Assembly (NCBI GenBank): GCA_963726635.1
Contig: CAVSCZ010000013.1
Location: 24,677 to 88,676, forward strand
DNA from: an uncultured Nitrospiraceae bacterium
Lineage (GTDB): Bacteria > Nitrospirota > Nitrospiria > Nitrospirales > Nitrospiraceae
DNA length: 64,000 nt
Reading direction: 5' to 3'
In this document: one piece after another, positions 19,899 through 30,166 of the stretch
How the letters are laid out: each line of letters starts with the position of its first letter
Numbering within the stretch: position 1 is the first letter of the stretch
Program-made: the position numbers and the translations under genes
The notes under the pieces: model-generated
Seen by the model: only the letters and a program-made list of their open reading frames with translations
Database searches by the model: none
What the model was told of the DNA's origin: nothing

Positions 19899-22319
19899 CT
19901 ACTTAATCTGCTTGGCACGAGCCAGGGCCAGCGCCATGGCCATCGTGCCACCCGGCTGCGGCTGGCGCTCCGGAGCACGTTGAGACGCCGTCGGACGCCG
20001 GTCACTTTGGTCTCGTACCGCTCCCGCAAAGACTTCGACGGGCACGCGGCCTGAGGCCGAAGCACTGCCGGGCGCATCGTCGAGGCGCATGGTTAGAGAG
20101 ATCCGCTGGCGCTTCACATCGACATCCAGCACCTTCACCTTGACGATTTGTCCAGGCTTGACGACCTCATGAGGGTCCTTGATAAATTTATTTGCCAGCG
20201 CCGACACGTGCACGAGACCGTCCTGGTGCACACCGATGTCGACGAAGGCACCGAAGGCGGCGACGTTGGTCACCACGCCTTCGAGGATCATGCCGGGGTG
20301 CAGGTCGGTGAGAGACTCGATGCCCTCCTGGAATGTGGCCGTCTTGAATTCCGGGCGCGGATCGCGGCCCGGTTTTTCCAGCTCGGTCAGGATGTCACGC
20401 ACCGTCGGCACGCCGAACTTCTCATCGGTGAAGTCGGCGGGAGATAATCCCTTTAAAACCGCCGGCTGCCCCATCACGTCCGCGATACCTTTGCTGATGC
20501 GCGCCAGAATGCGCTCGACCACCGGATAGGCTTCCGGATGGACCGAAGAGCGATCCAGCGGATTGTCACCGTCGCTGATGCGAAGAAAACCGGCGGCCTG
20601 CTCGAACGTCTTGTCGCCCAGACGGGGCACCTTGCGTATCGTGGTGCGATTCGGGAAGGGGCCGTTCGCATCACGGTACTCGACGATGTTCTTCGCCAGC
20701 ACCTTGTTCAGACCCGACACCCGCTCAAGCAGCGGAGCCGATGCCGTGTTGACGTCCACGCCCACTGCGTTGACGCAGTCTTCGACGGTCGCATCGAGAG
20801 AACGCGCCAGCGCCCGTTGGTTCACATCGTGCTGATATTGGCCGACGCCGATCGCCTTGGGATCGATCTTCACCAGCTCCGCCAGCGGGTCTTGCAGACG
20901 CCGGGCGATGGAGACAGCACCACGCAGGCTGACGTCCAGCTCGGGAAACTCGGCCGCGGCGAAGGCCGAGGCCGAATAGACCGAAGCACCGGCTTCGCTG
21001 ACCACGATCTTGGCCACTTTGTGTTCCGGCTTATGAGCCGCGACCAATTTGATCACCTCAATGGCAAGCTTGTCGGTCTCCCGGCTGCCGGTACCGTTGC
21101 CGATCGAGATCAGTTCCACGCCATGCTGCACGACCAGCCGTGCCAGCGTCGCCAGCGATCCCTGCCAGTCATTGCGTGGCTGCAGCGGATAAATGGTCGT
21201 GGTCTCCAGCAGCTTGCCGGTCGCATCGACGACCGCCACCTTGCAGCCAGTGCGGATGCCTGGGTCGAGACCGAGTACGGCCTTCGGGCCTGCCGGCGCC
21301 GCCAGCAACAGCTCGTGCAGATTGCGGCCGAAAATCTTGATCGCCTCGGCTTCCGCTGCTTCGCGTAACTGCACCAACAGTTCCACCGTGAGATGCAGGT
21401 GCACCTTGACGCGCCAGGTCCAGTCGCAAACGCCCATGAGCCACTTGTCCGCGCGACGACCACGGTCTTCGATGCCGACATGCGCCGCGATCGTCGCGAT
21501 GCAGGGGTGCGGCACGACGGCTTCAAGTGCCTCGCCAAGGCCCAATTCAATCTTCAAGACACCCAGCGTGCGGCCACGGAACAACGCCAGCGCGCGATGA
21601 GAAGGAATAGTGCGGATGGTTTCGGAATAGGCGTAGTAATCACGGAACTTTTCTTCCTCGGCCATTTCCTGGCCTTTCATCACGGTGGACGTGACGACCC
21701 CCTGGTCCCACAGGCGGGTACGCAATTTCGCGAGCAGCTCGGCGGTCTCGGCAAAACGCTCGACCAGAATGTCCCGCGCACCCTCGAGCGCGGCTTTTGC
21801 GTCCGGCACGTTGATGGCCTCCACGCCGTCGGCGGCAGGCTTCACGTTCAGATACTTCGCGGCTTCCTGCTCGGGGTCGAGCGTCGGATCGGCGAACAGG
21901 GCATCGGCCAGCGGCTCCAGCCCTGCCTCGCGCGCGATCTGCGCACGCGTGCGCCGCTTGGGCTTGTAGGGCAAGTAGAGGTCTTCCAACGTTTGCTTGG
22001 TTGCGGCCGCCTCGATGGTGGCGCGCAGTACGTCGGTGAGTTTGCCCTGCTCTTCGATCGAAGTCAGAATCGCCGCGCGGCGCAGCTCCAATTCGCGCAG
22101 ATACTGCAGGCGCTCTTCCAACGTGCGCAAGTGCGTATCGTCCAGGTTGCCGGTGACCTCCTTGCGATAGCGTGCGATAAACGGCACGGTCGAACCTTCG
22201 TCGAGCAGGGCGACTGCAGCCGCGACCTGATGGGGTCCCACGCCGAGTTCCTTGGCGATGAGGGGAACAATCTTCAGCTGTGCCGCGGCTGAACCTGTCT
22301 GGGTCGTTGGAGAAACCAT
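19899..22319 (-). CDS. tex: transcription accessory protein Tex (S1 RNA-binding domain protein)
   Basis: 806-aa ORF with Tex N-terminal HTH ([17 protein letters not shown]), a YqgF-like core and a C-terminal S1 domain ([31 protein letters not shown]). Confidence 0.9.
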   Translation of the reverse strand: MVSPTTQTGSAAAQLKIVPLIAKELGVGPHQVAAAVALLDEGSTVPFIARYRKEVTGNLDDTHLRTLEERLQYLRELELRRAAILTSIEEQGKLTDVLRATIEAAATKQTLEDLYLPYKPKRRTRAQIAREAGLEPLADALFADPTLDPEQEAAKYLNVKPAADGVEAINVPDAKAALEGARDILVERFAETAELLAKLRTRLWDQGVVTSTVMKGQEMAEEEKFRDYYAYSETIRTIPSHRALALFRGRTLGVLKIELGLGEALEAVVPHPCIATIAAHVGIEDRGRRADKWLMGVCDWTWRVKVHLHLTVELLVQLREAAEAEAIKIFGRNLHELLLAAPAGPKAVLGLDPGIRTGCKVAVVDATGKLLETTTIYPLQPRNDWQGSLATLARLVVQHGVELISIGNGTGSRETDKLAIEVIKLVAAHKPEHKVAKIVVSEAGASVYSASAFAAAEFPELDVSLRGAVSIARRLQDPLAELVKIDPKAIGVGQYQHDVNQRALARSLDATVEDCVNAVGVDVNTASAPLLERVSGLNKVLAKNIVEYRDANGPFPNRTTIRKVPRLGDKTFEQAAGFLRISDGDNPLDRSSVHPEAYPVVERILARISKGIADVMGQPAVLKGLSPADFTDEKFGVPTVRDILTELEKPGRDPRPEFKTATFQEGIESLTDLHPGMILEGVVTNVAAFGAFVDIGVHQDGLVHVSALANKFIKDPHEVVKPGQIVKVKVLDVDVKRQRISLTMRLDDAPGSASASGRVPVEVFAGAVRDQSDRRPTASQRAPERQPQPGGTMAMALALARAKQIK

Positions 22320-22519
22320 CTGTGTCTGTTACCGATCTTTCCGAAAACGGCGCACCGTCGAGTGCCTGCCACTCGGAGTTACGCGCGCTTTCTATATTGG
22401 TGCATTGAGGTCTTGGTTCGTGGGACTAGTTACAACTCTGCCTGTATCGAGAAGCAGACAGAGGCAGCGACAACAAGTGAGGTTATTTTGCGATCCGGTT
22501 GATGAACATATCAGCCCTG

Positions 22520-22897
22520 TTACTCGTTACAATTCTTAAACACATTGATGGCAAAGAGAACCACCGAGACACCAATGACGATAGAAGCGACCCCGATAAG
22601 GGGATCCAGCGCAGCATGGCCGCGCAACAACCCAGCCAGCAACAACATGGCCGCGAGCAGCCCGGCATTATGCAACCAGAACTGAACGGTCGCCAATCTG
22701 TTCGATCCCGCAACTGGAAATTGGCGATAGATCAGACCAATCAACGCCAAGGACACCCAGCCGAGGAGATTAAAATGAGCATGAACGGGAATGAGTATAT
22801 GGTCGCCAGATGCACCCATATAGATTCCTAAGCCCACTCCCATCATGAAGTACACCACCGCAGCCTTTATCCATATGATGCCTGAACCTCCAGCCAT
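22520..22897 (-). CDS. 4-TM membrane protein with an HAH motif (resembles a heme-copper oxidase subunit I helix pair)
   Basis: Start set at ATG 22895-22897 behind GGGAGG. Sequence MAGGSGIIWIKAAVVYFMMGVGLGIY...PVHAHFNLLGWVSLALIGLIY. Confidence 0.55.
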   Translation of the reverse strand: MAGGSGIIWIKAAVVYFMMGVGLGIYMGASGDHILIPVHAHFNLLGWVSLALIGLIYRQFPVAGSNRLATVQFWLHNAGLLAAMLLLAGLLRGHAALDPLIGVASIVIGVSVVLFAINVFKNCNE

Positions 22898-23163
22898 ATC
22901 AACCTCCCTGCATGCGAAAATCACTGCGACAGAGCCCACCTCGGCAGTCCGCCGGGACGCAAGTCTACTGTAAAAGCCCCCGCGTATCCACCCGCTCCGC
23001 ACCAAGACACACCACGCCACAGGACCGGGGCCGGTCAGTCGTCCGGCACCACGGAATAGGAGCGCCCGCGACGCGCTCGCGTTGACCCGGTATCCTGCTG
23101 AGCGTACAGTTGGGAACAGGGAGAGGGTGACAATCCTCTCCTGGGGACGGTTGCGGAGATAAC

Positions 23164-26100
23164 ATGAGCAACGAGAGCCGCGCAGGCCTGCTTGCCAACC
23201 CGTTGCCCATCGTGATGGTGGTGCTGCTGGCGGCCGGCGTGCTGGTCAAGACCTTGCCGCTGCAGAGCGCGCGCCCGACCGATCCCGAGCGCGTGAAGTT
23301 CGTGCCCACCAGCCAGCAAGACGTCGAGGCTCGGCTGTGGCAGGACCCATTCGCCGCTGTCGAGAAACACGAGAAGCAGTCCGACCAGTCCGACTTACCT
23401 GGCACGCACACCCCCGAGAGGCTACACGCACGCATTCAGGCGCTGCGCGACCCCGACCCTAATCGCCTGACCGTCGTGGCCGTAAGCGTCTTCGGCGGCT
23501 CCTTCGACGAGGCGGCCGAAAGCCGGCGCCGCACTCGCTTCGCGCTGGTCTCGGCGCTCGGCTTCCATGGCTATAGTCCCGAGAATGCCGACGCGATCGG
23601 CTACTTCCATATCACCGGGGCCAAACCCGACGCCGTCAAGCTGACTGTGCCATACGAGTGGTTCGAGCGCCGCAACGAGTCGTCGGATGTGCTGGTGCTC
23701 TGGCTGAACGAAGACAAGCTCGCCACTGAGCCGCTCACAAAGCTGCAAACCCTGTTCAGAAAGCTGACGCCGAGCCAACCAGCCAGCAGCGGCAAGGGCC
23801 TCACCGTCAAGCTACTCGGGCCGGCTGGCTCAGCAACGCTAATGAAGCTTGTCTCCGATATCAATAAGAAGAAGACACCGCAGAAACCCGCCATCGGATC
23901 GAGGGGCACCCCCATGATGCTGGAAGGCGGTAGTACGCTCCAGGTGTTCTCGTCTGGCGCAACCATCTCCAATTGCGATCTGCTCGCAGCAGGACCTACC
24001 CAGGCCAGCCCACAGCCGTGGGATTGCTTCATAGAGTCCCCCGACCTGGCGGACGGCCTGAACGCACTTCCGATCATCCGCACGACCGGCACCGACGACG
24101 TGCTCTCGGCCGCTCTATTGTGGGAACTGTGGCAGCGAGGCGTGAATCGCAAGGAGCCCCACAAGGATCAATGCGGGGACGGCCTGGTGCTGATCAGTGA
24201 GTGGGACACCGAGTACGGACGCACATTATCGCGATATCTCAAGGATGGATTCTCGGGGCGCTGCGGGGTCAACGCTGACGGGAAGGATGATGTGTCATAC
24301 GCCCATAAGCCGCCGGTACGCACCTTCACCTACCTGCGCGGGTTGGATGGCGTGCTTCCGGACATCGACAAGTCGGCCAGCAACGCGCCGCGCAAGGACG
24401 ATGGCGGCCAATCACAAGACCTGCGCGCGCAGCTCAAGGACACGCCGCCGGAGCACGCCGAGGGGCGCAGCCAGTTTGATTACCTGCGACGGCTCGCCGA
24501 CGAGATCGAGCAGCTCGATCACGAGAAGCAGTTTGCAAAGAACGGCGTCAAAGCGATCGGCATCGTCGGCTCCGACCTATACGACAAACTCCTCATCCTC
24601 CAGGCGCTGCGCAGCCGCTTCAAAGACAAGATCTTCTTCACGACAGACCTCGACGCACGCTACCTGCACGCTGACCAGAAGGACTGGGCGCGCAACCTCG
24701 TGGTCGCGTCCAACTTCGGCCTGTCGCTGCGCCCGGCGCTGCAGCATTCGACTCTACCGTTCCGGGACAGTTACCAAACCGCGACGTACCTTGCCGCGCT
24801 GATGGCACTCGACGCCAAGCCGTTCGACCACTGGGCCGGCAAGATGAAGGAGTGGCTGCGGCCGCAGATCTTCGAAATCGGCAGAACCGAGGCGGTGCAT
24901 CTCGCCTCGCCGTCTGTCCCCGACCTCACCGGATGGATCAACGGCACTAAGCCCCTAGGCATCGCCCCCCCAGCGACAGACACGAAATGCGATGGCGACT
25001 GGGCGCGGTGCGAAGACATCGAGCCGGCCAGGCCATCGCGGGGCCTCGCACTTGACCACCTTCCGGCAATGCTCTTCATGCTCTGCCTCGGCATCCTGTC
25101 GGTCGCCCTGGCGAGCCGCCGCGTCCAGGAGACAGCGCGCGCCGCGTGCAATGCACTGACTTCGCCCGGGCATGCGAAGAGGCAGGCCGCACAATTCGGG
25201 ATGATCGGCCTGGCTATGCTGGTGCTTACAGTGCTTGCGACGATCGTGATCGTCAACCAAGCCATGAATGCCTCACTCGCGCAGGGCGCCGGCGAGCCGT
25301 TCGTGTGGCTGGAAGGTGTCAGCGTGTGGCCGAGCCTCGTGGTGCGCTTCATCGGCGTCGTGATCACGCTTGCGCTCGCACTCGCATTCATGATTTGGAT
25401 TCGACTGCAAGCGCATTGTATCTCCGGGCGCTTCGAGTTCCCCCTGCCGCAAACCTGGACGCTCGCGCGCAGTTGGTGGTCCGCGGTGTGGACCGGCCCA
25501 CATCTTGACCTGGCGTCGTTCGACAGGGAGGGCAAGGCCGACTCGAAAGCCGCTGGTGCGGCAGTTGAAATCGTCACCTTGTGGCAGAACTACCTGCGTG
25601 CCACAAGCTGTCGTGAGATGGCGGGCTGGATCTTGTCCTCCATGCTGTTCGTAGGCCTGCTCAGCTTCGCAGCGTTCTCTGTCTTCGGCAGGCCGTCGTT
25701 TCCGCATCGCGGCCAGCTCGTCGAGAGGCTGCATGAAATTCTCGTGGTCCTCAACACGCCGATCCTCTGGCTGGTCATTTTCTGGGTCGGCTACGAGACG
25801 CGCGCCTGCGCCCGGTTCATCGAGACCCTGAGCGACGTGCCAAGCCTGTGGCCGACAGTGTTACTCGATCGCGAGGAAGCCGCGACCGGCGTGCCGCGCG
25901 CGCATCTCGACGACTACCTCGACTTCAAGCTGATCGTCCTCGCCACGCAACGCATCCACTGGCTCATCTACCTGCCGTTCGTCTCGATCCTCTTCATGGT
26001 GCTCTCGCGGAGCGACCTCTTCGACACGATGGACTTTCCTCTGGCGCTGGTCTTCGTCACAGGGCTCGCGCTCGCGTATGCGCTGTACAGCGCGGTGCTG

Positions 26101-26403
26101 CTGCGCAGGAGCGCCGAGTCGGCGCGCGCCACGGCGCTCGAGCACTACGAGACGCGGCTGCTCACACAGGCCCGGGCGAAGGACAACCCGCCGCCGGCTA
26201 CAGCCGAGGCTGCAGCGGCAAGTCCGGCCCGACAGCCGATCAGCGCGGAACAGATCAAAATCCTGATGGAGCGCATCCGCAGCACCCATGAGGGCGCGTT
26301 CGCGCCCATCGCCCAGCAGCCTGCGCTGCAGGCGCTGCTCTTGCCATTCGGTGGCTACGGCAGCGTCCAGCTCATCGATTACCTGATCAACCTCAAGGTG
26401 TGA
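23164..26403 (+). CDS. orphan 1079-aa multi-pass membrane protein of unknown function
   Basis: Uninterrupted 3.2-kb ORF with an N-terminal TM (PIVMVVLLAAGVLV). A ~600-aa soluble region has alternating beta-alpha-like blocks (LTVVAVSVFGG, VKLLGPAGSATL, LVLISEWDTEYGR, AIGIVGSDLYDKLLILQALR). The C-terminal ~440 aa has about 7 hydrophobic segments. I recognise no catalytic or output motif. Confidence 0.8.
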   Translation: MSNESRAGLLANPLPIVMVVLLAAGVLVKTLPLQSARPTDPERVKFVPTSQQDVEARLWQDPFAAVEKHEKQSDQSDLPGTHTPERLHARIQALRDPDPNRLTVVAVSVFGGSFDEAAESRRRTRFALVSALGFHGYSPENADAIGYFHITGAKPDAVKLTVPYEWFERRNESSDVLVLWLNEDKLATEPLTKLQTLFRKLTPSQPASSGKGLTVKLLGPAGSATLMKLVSDINKKKTPQKPAIGSRGTPMMLEGGSTLQVFSSGATISNCDLLAAGPTQASPQPWDCFIESPDLADGLNALPIIRTTGTDDVLSAALLWELWQRGVNRKEPHKDQCGDGLVLISEWDTEYGRTLSRYLKDGFSGRCGVNADGKDDVSYAHKPPVRTFTYLRGLDGVLPDIDKSASNAPRKDDGGQSQDLRAQLKDTPPEHAEGRSQFDYLRRLADEIEQLDHEKQFAKNGVKAIGIVGSDLYDKLLILQALRSRFKDKIFFTTDLDARYLHADQKDWARNLVVASNFGLSLRPALQHSTLPFRDSYQTATYLAALMALDAKPFDHWAGKMKEWLRPQIFEIGRTEAVHLASPSVPDLTGWINGTKPLGIAPPATDTKCDGDWARCEDIEPARPSRGLALDHLPAMLFMLCLGILSVALASRRVQETARAACNALTSPGHAKRQAAQFGMIGLAMLVLTVLATIVIVNQAMNASLAQGAGEPFVWLEGVSVWPSLVVRFIGVVITLALALAFMIWIRLQAHCISGRFEFPLPQTWTLARSWWSAVWTGPHLDLASFDREGKADSKAAGAAVEIVTLWQNYLRATSCREMAGWILSSMLFVGLLSFAAFSVFGRPSFPHRGQLVERLHEILVVLNTPILWLVIFWVGYETRACARFIETLSDVPSLWPTVLLDREEAATGVPRAHLDDYLDFKLIVLATQRIHWLIYLPFVSILFMVLSRSDLFDTMDFPLALVFVTGLALAYALYSAVLLRRSAESARATALEHYETRLLTQARAKDNPPPATAEAAAASPARQPISAEQIKILMERIRSTHEGAFAPIAQQPALQALLLPFGGYGSVQLIDYLINLKV

Positions 26404-26564
26404 AACCGGTCCAGGAGCGACGGCGGACATCGTCGGAGCATGCGCGCCGAAATCTACGCAGCAGGAGCGCAGGTTTCAGTGGATGACTGCCTTTGGGCGG
26501 GCTTTCGGAGTTGCTAGAACGCGCACAAGCAGCGATGAGACGAATACAAGACCTGACACTCGGA

Positions 26565-26984
26565 CTATTGCCGGTCAAAAGCCTCGTTCAGAAGTCGATC
26601 CGCCTTCGTGATGAACTGATTCGTGCGATGCACATGTTGATACCGCACCTCTTGAAACACACGCTCCAAGTCTTTCACCCTCTGCCAGAGAGCCCGCAAC
26701 TCCTCGTTCTTCAAACGGTAAGCCCCGGTCATCTGATTGACCAAGAGTTCACTGTCCGAATAGCAGACAACTCGTCGCCGTGTGTATGCCGCGCAAAGTT
26801 CAAGTCCTTTGATCAGAGCACGGTATTCAGCCCTGTTGTTTGTGGCATGGCCAATACACTCCGCACAGGCAAGCAATTCGCGATGTTCTGCATCCATGAT
26901 GATCACGCCAATGGCTCCAGGTCCTGGATTGCCACGACAGCCCCCATCCGTGTAGAGCTGAACTTCATCAATCAAGTGCGCCAT
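26565..26984 (-). CDS. rnhA: ribonuclease HI
   Basis: YTDGGCRGNPGPGAIGVII, NNRAEYRALIKGLE and SDSELLVNQM give the RNase H DEDD pattern. 139 aa. Confidence 0.85.
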   Translation of the reverse strand: MAHLIDEVQLYTDGGCRGNPGPGAIGVIIMDAEHRELLACAECIGHATNNRAEYRALIKGLELCAAYTRRRVVCYSDSELLVNQMTGAYRLKNEELRALWQRVKDLERVFQEVRYQHVHRTNQFITKADRLLNEAFDRQ

Positions 26985-27106
26985 GGGGCGGGACTATAGC
27001 ACAGCTCTGCCTCGCTTCAAGGTGAGGAGCTCTACAGACGTCCTCTCACTGAAGCAGAGGATAGGGTTTCTGAACTCTGCTCCTGTATCAAGCGCCACCG
27101 GCCGCG

Positions 27107-28216
27107 TTAGCGCGTCCTGGTTGAAGCGCCTATTAAGCCGTAAGTGAGTATTCTTCTGGTGTAAGCGACGTAAAGCCCTTTGAGGCCAAGAGCCCGCCGT
27201 TCAAGAAGATGCCAGGACATTACAGCAAACAAAAAGGTTGGAAAGGCCGAGAGGACTAGCAGCGACAAAACCGAGACTCCGGGAACCAGTGCCGCAACTG
27301 ATTGCTGGACAGGAAAGGCATAGATATAGACGCCGTAGGAGTAATCGCCTACCTGGTTGTATTTCCTGACGAGCCCGGAAGGCATGTAGGCCACATACAA
27401 TACCGTATAGGCAAAGGTCAGCACATAGACGACGAAGAATGCTTGTGTGTTGACCATGGCCGAGGACAGAAGCGTGACCACACACAACCAGAAACACGGA
27501 CGAGAGAGCGTGATGCGTTCTTTCAGAACATAAAAGGCGGCACCGGAAAAAAACATGAAAAAGAGCATGGTAAATTGATCGTCGGGAGGACGGTGGAAGT
27601 GACGAGCAACAACGAACACTCCGGCCACAACGGCAACGGTGACAATGGCTGGTCCAAATGTTCTTACGCTGCCTCTCTTTGTTATTCGAAAGGCAGCCCA
27701 GACAACAGCCAGGATTGCGTACATGCGTACTTCAAATGGCAGCGACCACAGCGAACCATTGACCGCATTCTTAAATGGGTTGTTATCAAAGACTCCCGGC
27801 AGGTTGTACGCAACGCCGGTGACGACGGTTGCGCATTTCAGCAAGTACCCATATGTCTGAGAGTCAGCGAGATAGGATGACAAAGGCCATGACGTAAAGA
27901 GCAGACCAAAGCCGAACACGGTCACGAGCAGCATGACCAGCAGAGCCGGGAATATTCTGAGGATTCTGGCCCACAGAAATTGAAGCACGCTCTCTCTGGT
28001 CAACAGACTGGCCGTGACGAGAAACCCGCTCGTCACGAAAAACACATCCACAGCGATTGAACCCATGGTCATGCCAAGACTGCTCCGAAACGGCTCGGCA
28101 GCGCCCGTCCCTATCGCCAAGGCAAAGCTGTGGGTTATCAATACGGCAAGCGCCGCGATGATACGGATCAGGTTGAAATTATTGTCTCTACCTTGAGTGA
28201 AATTCGACAATTTCAC
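27107..28216 (-). CDS. acyltransferase family 3 membrane protein (OafA/YrhL-like)
   Basis: Motifs NFNLIRIIAALAVLITHSF and VDVFFVTSGFLVT with about 10 TM segments. Start placed at GTG 28214-28216; a longer ATG start at 28408 is possible. Sampled lines are about 48-52% G+C, clearly below the neighbours. Confidence 0.8.
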   Translation of the reverse strand: MKLSNFTQGRDNNFNLIRIIAALAVLITHSFALAIGTGAAEPFRSSLGMTMGSIAVDVFFVTSGFLVTASLLTRESVLQFLWARILRIFPALLVMLLVTVFGFGLLFTSWPLSSYLADSQTYGYLLKCATVVTGVAYNLPGVFDNNPFKNAVNGSLWSLPFEVRMYAILAVVWAAFRITKRGSVRTFGPAIVTVAVVAGVFVVARHFHRPPDDQFTMLFFMFFSGAAFYVLKERITLSRPCFWLCVVTLLSSAMVNTQAFFVVYVLTFAYTVLYVAYMPSGLVRKYNQVGDYSYGVYIYAFPVQQSVAALVPGVSVLSLLVLSAFPTFLFAVMSWHLLERRALGLKGLYVAYTRRILTYGLIGASTRTR

Positions 28217-28503
28217 AGACAAGTCCCCCGCGTCTAACAATGCATGACCTGGTTCCGGATAAGAGGTCGGGTACAAAACAAGATCTGTACGATATCCTGC
28301 CAGGAGTAAGGCATTCGTCCAAGTGATTTCGCAGAGATTCCTCCCCGTTTTGAAACCGCACAAGCCCCTGACTGAAAACCATCCAGCATCCACGCAGAGC
28401 GAACGCACGCGACATGGCAGCCTTGCGGGAGGCCGCGTGAACAGCCTCCTAGATCTCAGACGGAGACTCCGCTACACTTCTTTGCCTTGAGAAGGAGAAA
28501 CCG

Positions 28504-29403
28504 ATGCGGGAGGAACGAATCATCAACTATTACACGCTGCTTGAACTCTTACCCACCGCAACAGAGGCTGAAATCAAAAAGGCCTGGCATGAGCAAATCC
28601 AGGTCTGGCACCCGGATCGCTTTGGCCACGCGCCAAACCTGCACCGGAAAGCAGAAGCCCGGACACAACTGATCAACCAGGCCTATCAAACCCTCAGTGA
28701 CCCCATCACACGCGCAAGTTACGATGCCAAGACCCAACCCTCGGCCACCCCCGGGCCAACCTCACGCCCCTCCCCTGCATCGGGTCCATCGTCTGGATCG
28801 TACTCCTCTACCCCGCCACGCCCTCAACAGACCCAACGATCCAGCCAGGGTCCTCGTGGACCGCAATCGCTCATCATGATGCTCTCTCAGCAAGGCCAAC
28901 CCAAACTCATGGTGCCGGCCATTCATCTCTACGTCGACCCTCGCGAGTACCTCCCCTACGATTTCCACGGCTTCGTACGCATCGCCGGAACGATGCGAGA
29001 GACATTGCCTGTCAGCGGCTATGCCATTGCCGAAGTACCTGAGCTGTTGTGCATCAAGCGCATGGGCGTCGAAGAACTCTATACGGTCTTTTCGAATCCC
29101 TCCTACAATCGCCCGCCGTTTCTTCATGAACTCGAACAGGTCCTCGCCTTCCCCTCTCGTTTCCTGGTCATAGAAGGAACTCTCCAGCATCGCAAAGCCG
29201 GAGGGAGGCTCAACCAATATCACAAGATTGGGCTGATGGATTTTCTGGACGCCCTCACAGCCAGATATGGCATCCAGATTATCTATGCAGATACGCGTGA
29301 CGAGGCAGAAGAACGCGTCGCCAACCTCGCCGCCCTGCATTATGCGTACTACTTTGCCGAGCAACAGGGATTCGGGCGCTGTCTCAAAGAGGGTGATCTA
29401 TAG
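28504..29403 (+). CDS. J-domain protein fused to a C-terminal ERCC4/restriction-endonuclease-like domain
   Basis: AAGGAG RBS. J domain YYTLLELLPTATEAEIKKAWHEQIQVWHPDRF...LINQAYQTLSDPITRASYDA carries the HPD motif. A Pro/Ser-rich linker follows. The C-terminal ~150 aa (LYVDPREY...SGYAIAEVPELLCIKRMGVEEL...RFLVIEGT) resembles the ERCC4 nuclease fold by my recall. Confidence 0.7.
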   Translation: MREERIINYYTLLELLPTATEAEIKKAWHEQIQVWHPDRFGHAPNLHRKAEARTQLINQAYQTLSDPITRASYDAKTQPSATPGPTSRPSPASGPSSGSYSSTPPRPQQTQRSSQGPRGPQSLIMMLSQQGQPKLMVPAIHLYVDPREYLPYDFHGFVRIAGTMRETLPVSGYAIAEVPELLCIKRMGVEELYTVFSNPSYNRPPFLHELEQVLAFPSRFLVIEGTLQHRKAGGRLNQYHKIGLMDFLDALTARYGIQIIYADTRDEAEERVANLAALHYAYYFAEQQGFGRCLKEGDL

Positions 29404-29434
29404 CGAAGCGGTCAGAGTGTATGGCAGGGGAGAA

Positions 29435-29554
29435 GAGCTTATGGCTGATAGCTGATGGCTCGGAACGAGCACCATCTGTCGGAAGGAAACGGTAGTCTTT
29501 AGTTTCAGCCGTTCCAGGTCTAACTCTTAGCCATTCGCATTCAGCTCTTTATCC
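29435..29554. repeat. composite family A palindrome
   Basis: GAGCTTATGGCTGATAGCTGATGGCTCGG ... CTTAGCCATTCGCATTCAGCTCTTTATCC. It lies between convergent genes and may act as a bidirectional terminator. Confidence 0.7.
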
Positions 29555-29555
29555 T

Positions 29556-30020
29556 TTACAGACCCGTACCAAATCCGACCTGCCGCCAGGCTTCGTAGAT
29601 GACCACCGCTACTGTGTTTGAGAGATTGAGGCTCCGGTTTCCCGGGACCATGGGTAGGCGGATACACTGTTGCTCGGAAACCGTCCCCAGAATCTCAGCC
29701 GGCAACCCGCGGCTTTCCGGACCAAACACAAAGGCGTCGCCGGCGGCATAGTCAACCAGGTCGTAGCGTTGCGTGCCTTTGGTCGAAACGGCAAACAAGC
29801 GGCGATCCTTCAAGCCAGCAGCGCAATCGGCCCAACTATCGTGGACCGTGATCGTGGCAAATTCGTGATAGTCCAGTCCTGCTCGCAGCAATTGCTTATC
29901 CTCCAGCGTGAAACCCAGGGGTTTTACGAGATGCAGTTTTGCGCCCGTATTGGCGCAAAGTCGTATGATGTTGCCGGTGTTCGGCGGAATTTCCGGCTGA
30001 TATAGAATGACGTCGAACAT
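29556..30020 (-). CDS. trmL: tRNA (cytidine/uridine-2'-O)-methyltransferase TrmL (SpoU family)
   Basis: MFDVILYQPEIPPNTGNIIRLCANTG, FGPESRGLP and SLNLSNTVAVVIYEAWRQ. Confidence 0.85.
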   Translation of the reverse strand: MFDVILYQPEIPPNTGNIIRLCANTGAKLHLVKPLGFTLEDKQLLRAGLDYHEFATITVHDSWADCAAGLKDRRLFAVSTKGTQRYDLVDYAAGDAFVFGPESRGLPAEILGTVSEQQCIRLPMVPGNRSLNLSNTVAVVIYEAWRQVGFGTGL

Positions 30021-30166
30021 GGGGCGGGCAGTGTAGCACGGCCACGTCAACTTTCACGATGCAGGATCTACGAACGGCAAGAGACGAACAAGGACGCAGT
30101 GGTCTCTTCCACCATTACATTTTTTCTTGGTATAGTGGATTTTGAACAAAGAATGCCTCCGCATTC

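Noticed and set aside
20538-22292. Long plus-strand ORFs (276 and 299 aa) antisense to tex. Similar antisense ORFs occur at 44889-46448, 47779-48669, 49185-49925, 52732-53970, 59534-60196 and 63145-63687.
   Set aside because: They lie opposite well-supported genes in G+C-rich DNA. They are Arg/Gly/His-rich with no motifs, which is typical of shadow ORFs.
19899-28408. Integrase, transposase or tRNA boundary marking the compositionally odd genes as a classic genomic island.
   Set aside because: No such gene or RNA could be found on either strand in or around this interval.
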